From NCBI GenBank assembly GCA_030264375.1, contig JASCQW010000109.1, positions 40,597,823-40,661,822 on the forward strand: 64,000 nucleotides of DNA. The letters are read 5' to 3'. Below, piece by piece: positions 63,361-64,000 of the stretch (position 1 is the first letter of the stretch; each line of letters begins with the position of its first letter). The DNA comes from Carcharhinus longimanus. Its lineage: Eukaryota. The translations under genes were made by a program, and so were the position numbers. The notes beneath the pieces were generated by a model. That model saw only the letters and a list, made by a program, of their open reading frames with translations, was not told the origin of the DNA and searched no databases.

Positions 63361-63769
63361 AAGTGCAGCATTATTAGCCAGTAATATTGTTATTGTCGGG
63401 GTCATTGCCCCAATTTGGACCTTCAAGCCTGACAAAAATGGTGATTATTGGCACATTGACCACCAAGAATATCACAATCTAGCCCACTGTCTGTGCTAGT
63501 ACTCTTCCAGCAGATAGTGATCAGAATGCTTTTTTTCCTCAACTAAATAAACTACGTACTCTCTGCCCCCATCTCACCCAAAGATATGATATACTCATAG
63601 ATGCTGAGGTATAATTGCAGGGATATACTTGAATTCTTAAGAATGAGGTGAAAATTTGTAGCTTTTTGGTTTGCTTAGTTCAGTAAATGTTACATCAATC
63701 TTATTGGGGACCCATATTTTCAATATTTAAATTGCATTATTAGGTATTCACTTATTGGAATTGTCACTC

Positions 63770-64000
63770 ATTCGGTATAGAAGAGGCCCTTTGGCCCATA
63801 GTCGTCACTGACAAAATTACACTAAATTTACACAAATCCCACTTTCCAGCACGTGGGCTATGGCCTTGAATGTTATGACGTTAAGTGTTCATCCACGTAC
63901 TACTTCCGGCCTCTCTACTGTCCCAGGCAATGCAGTTCAGAATCCTATCACCCTCCAGATAAAAAACCTTTTCCTCAAATGACCTCTAAACCGCTTGCCT
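63770..64000 (-). mobile_element. CR1-clade LINE 3' end running off the window
   Basis: agaagaggccctttggcccat...cccactttccagcacgtgggct..tggccttgaatgttatg, homologous to 10110-10330. Confidence 0.7.

Noticed and set aside
1-64000. CRISPR array, operon or other prokaryotic/viral system
   Set aside because: No regularly spaced repeats and no gene-dense ORFs; the window is a spliceosomal-intron vertebrate gene with retroelement debris.

Overview
This is eukaryotic, AT-rich, repeat-laden DNA from a draft assembly with six N-gaps. The repeat repertoire (HE1/V-SINE-like SINEs, HER1/CR1-like LINEs, DeuSINE-like pieces, Penelope-like ends) points to a cartilaginous fish; that assignment is an inference. 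The window appears to lie wholly inside one plus-strand gene, ANKHD1 (MASK1; paralog ANKRD17). I read 13 consecutive coding exons (26829-58222), all GT-AG and phase-consistent, 2529 nt or 843 codons, matching human exons 3-15 as I recall the numbering. They encode the first ankyrin-repeat cluster and the Q-rich coiled-coil linker. Exons 1-2 and exon 16 onward, including the KH domain, were not found. There is no prokaryotic system, CRISPR array or true tRNA/rRNA gene. The most interesting unexplained signals are two minimal hammerhead-ribozyme motifs in Penelope-like ends (one with a compensatory U3-A8 core), a candidate in-frame 24/18-nt microexon at 8073-8096, an exon-3 acceptor with a perfect branch point but no polypyrimidine tract, and several template-switch or inverted-repeat structures. 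Repeat family names and human protein comparisons come from memory of consensus sequences, not from database searches. Repeat boundaries are approximate.
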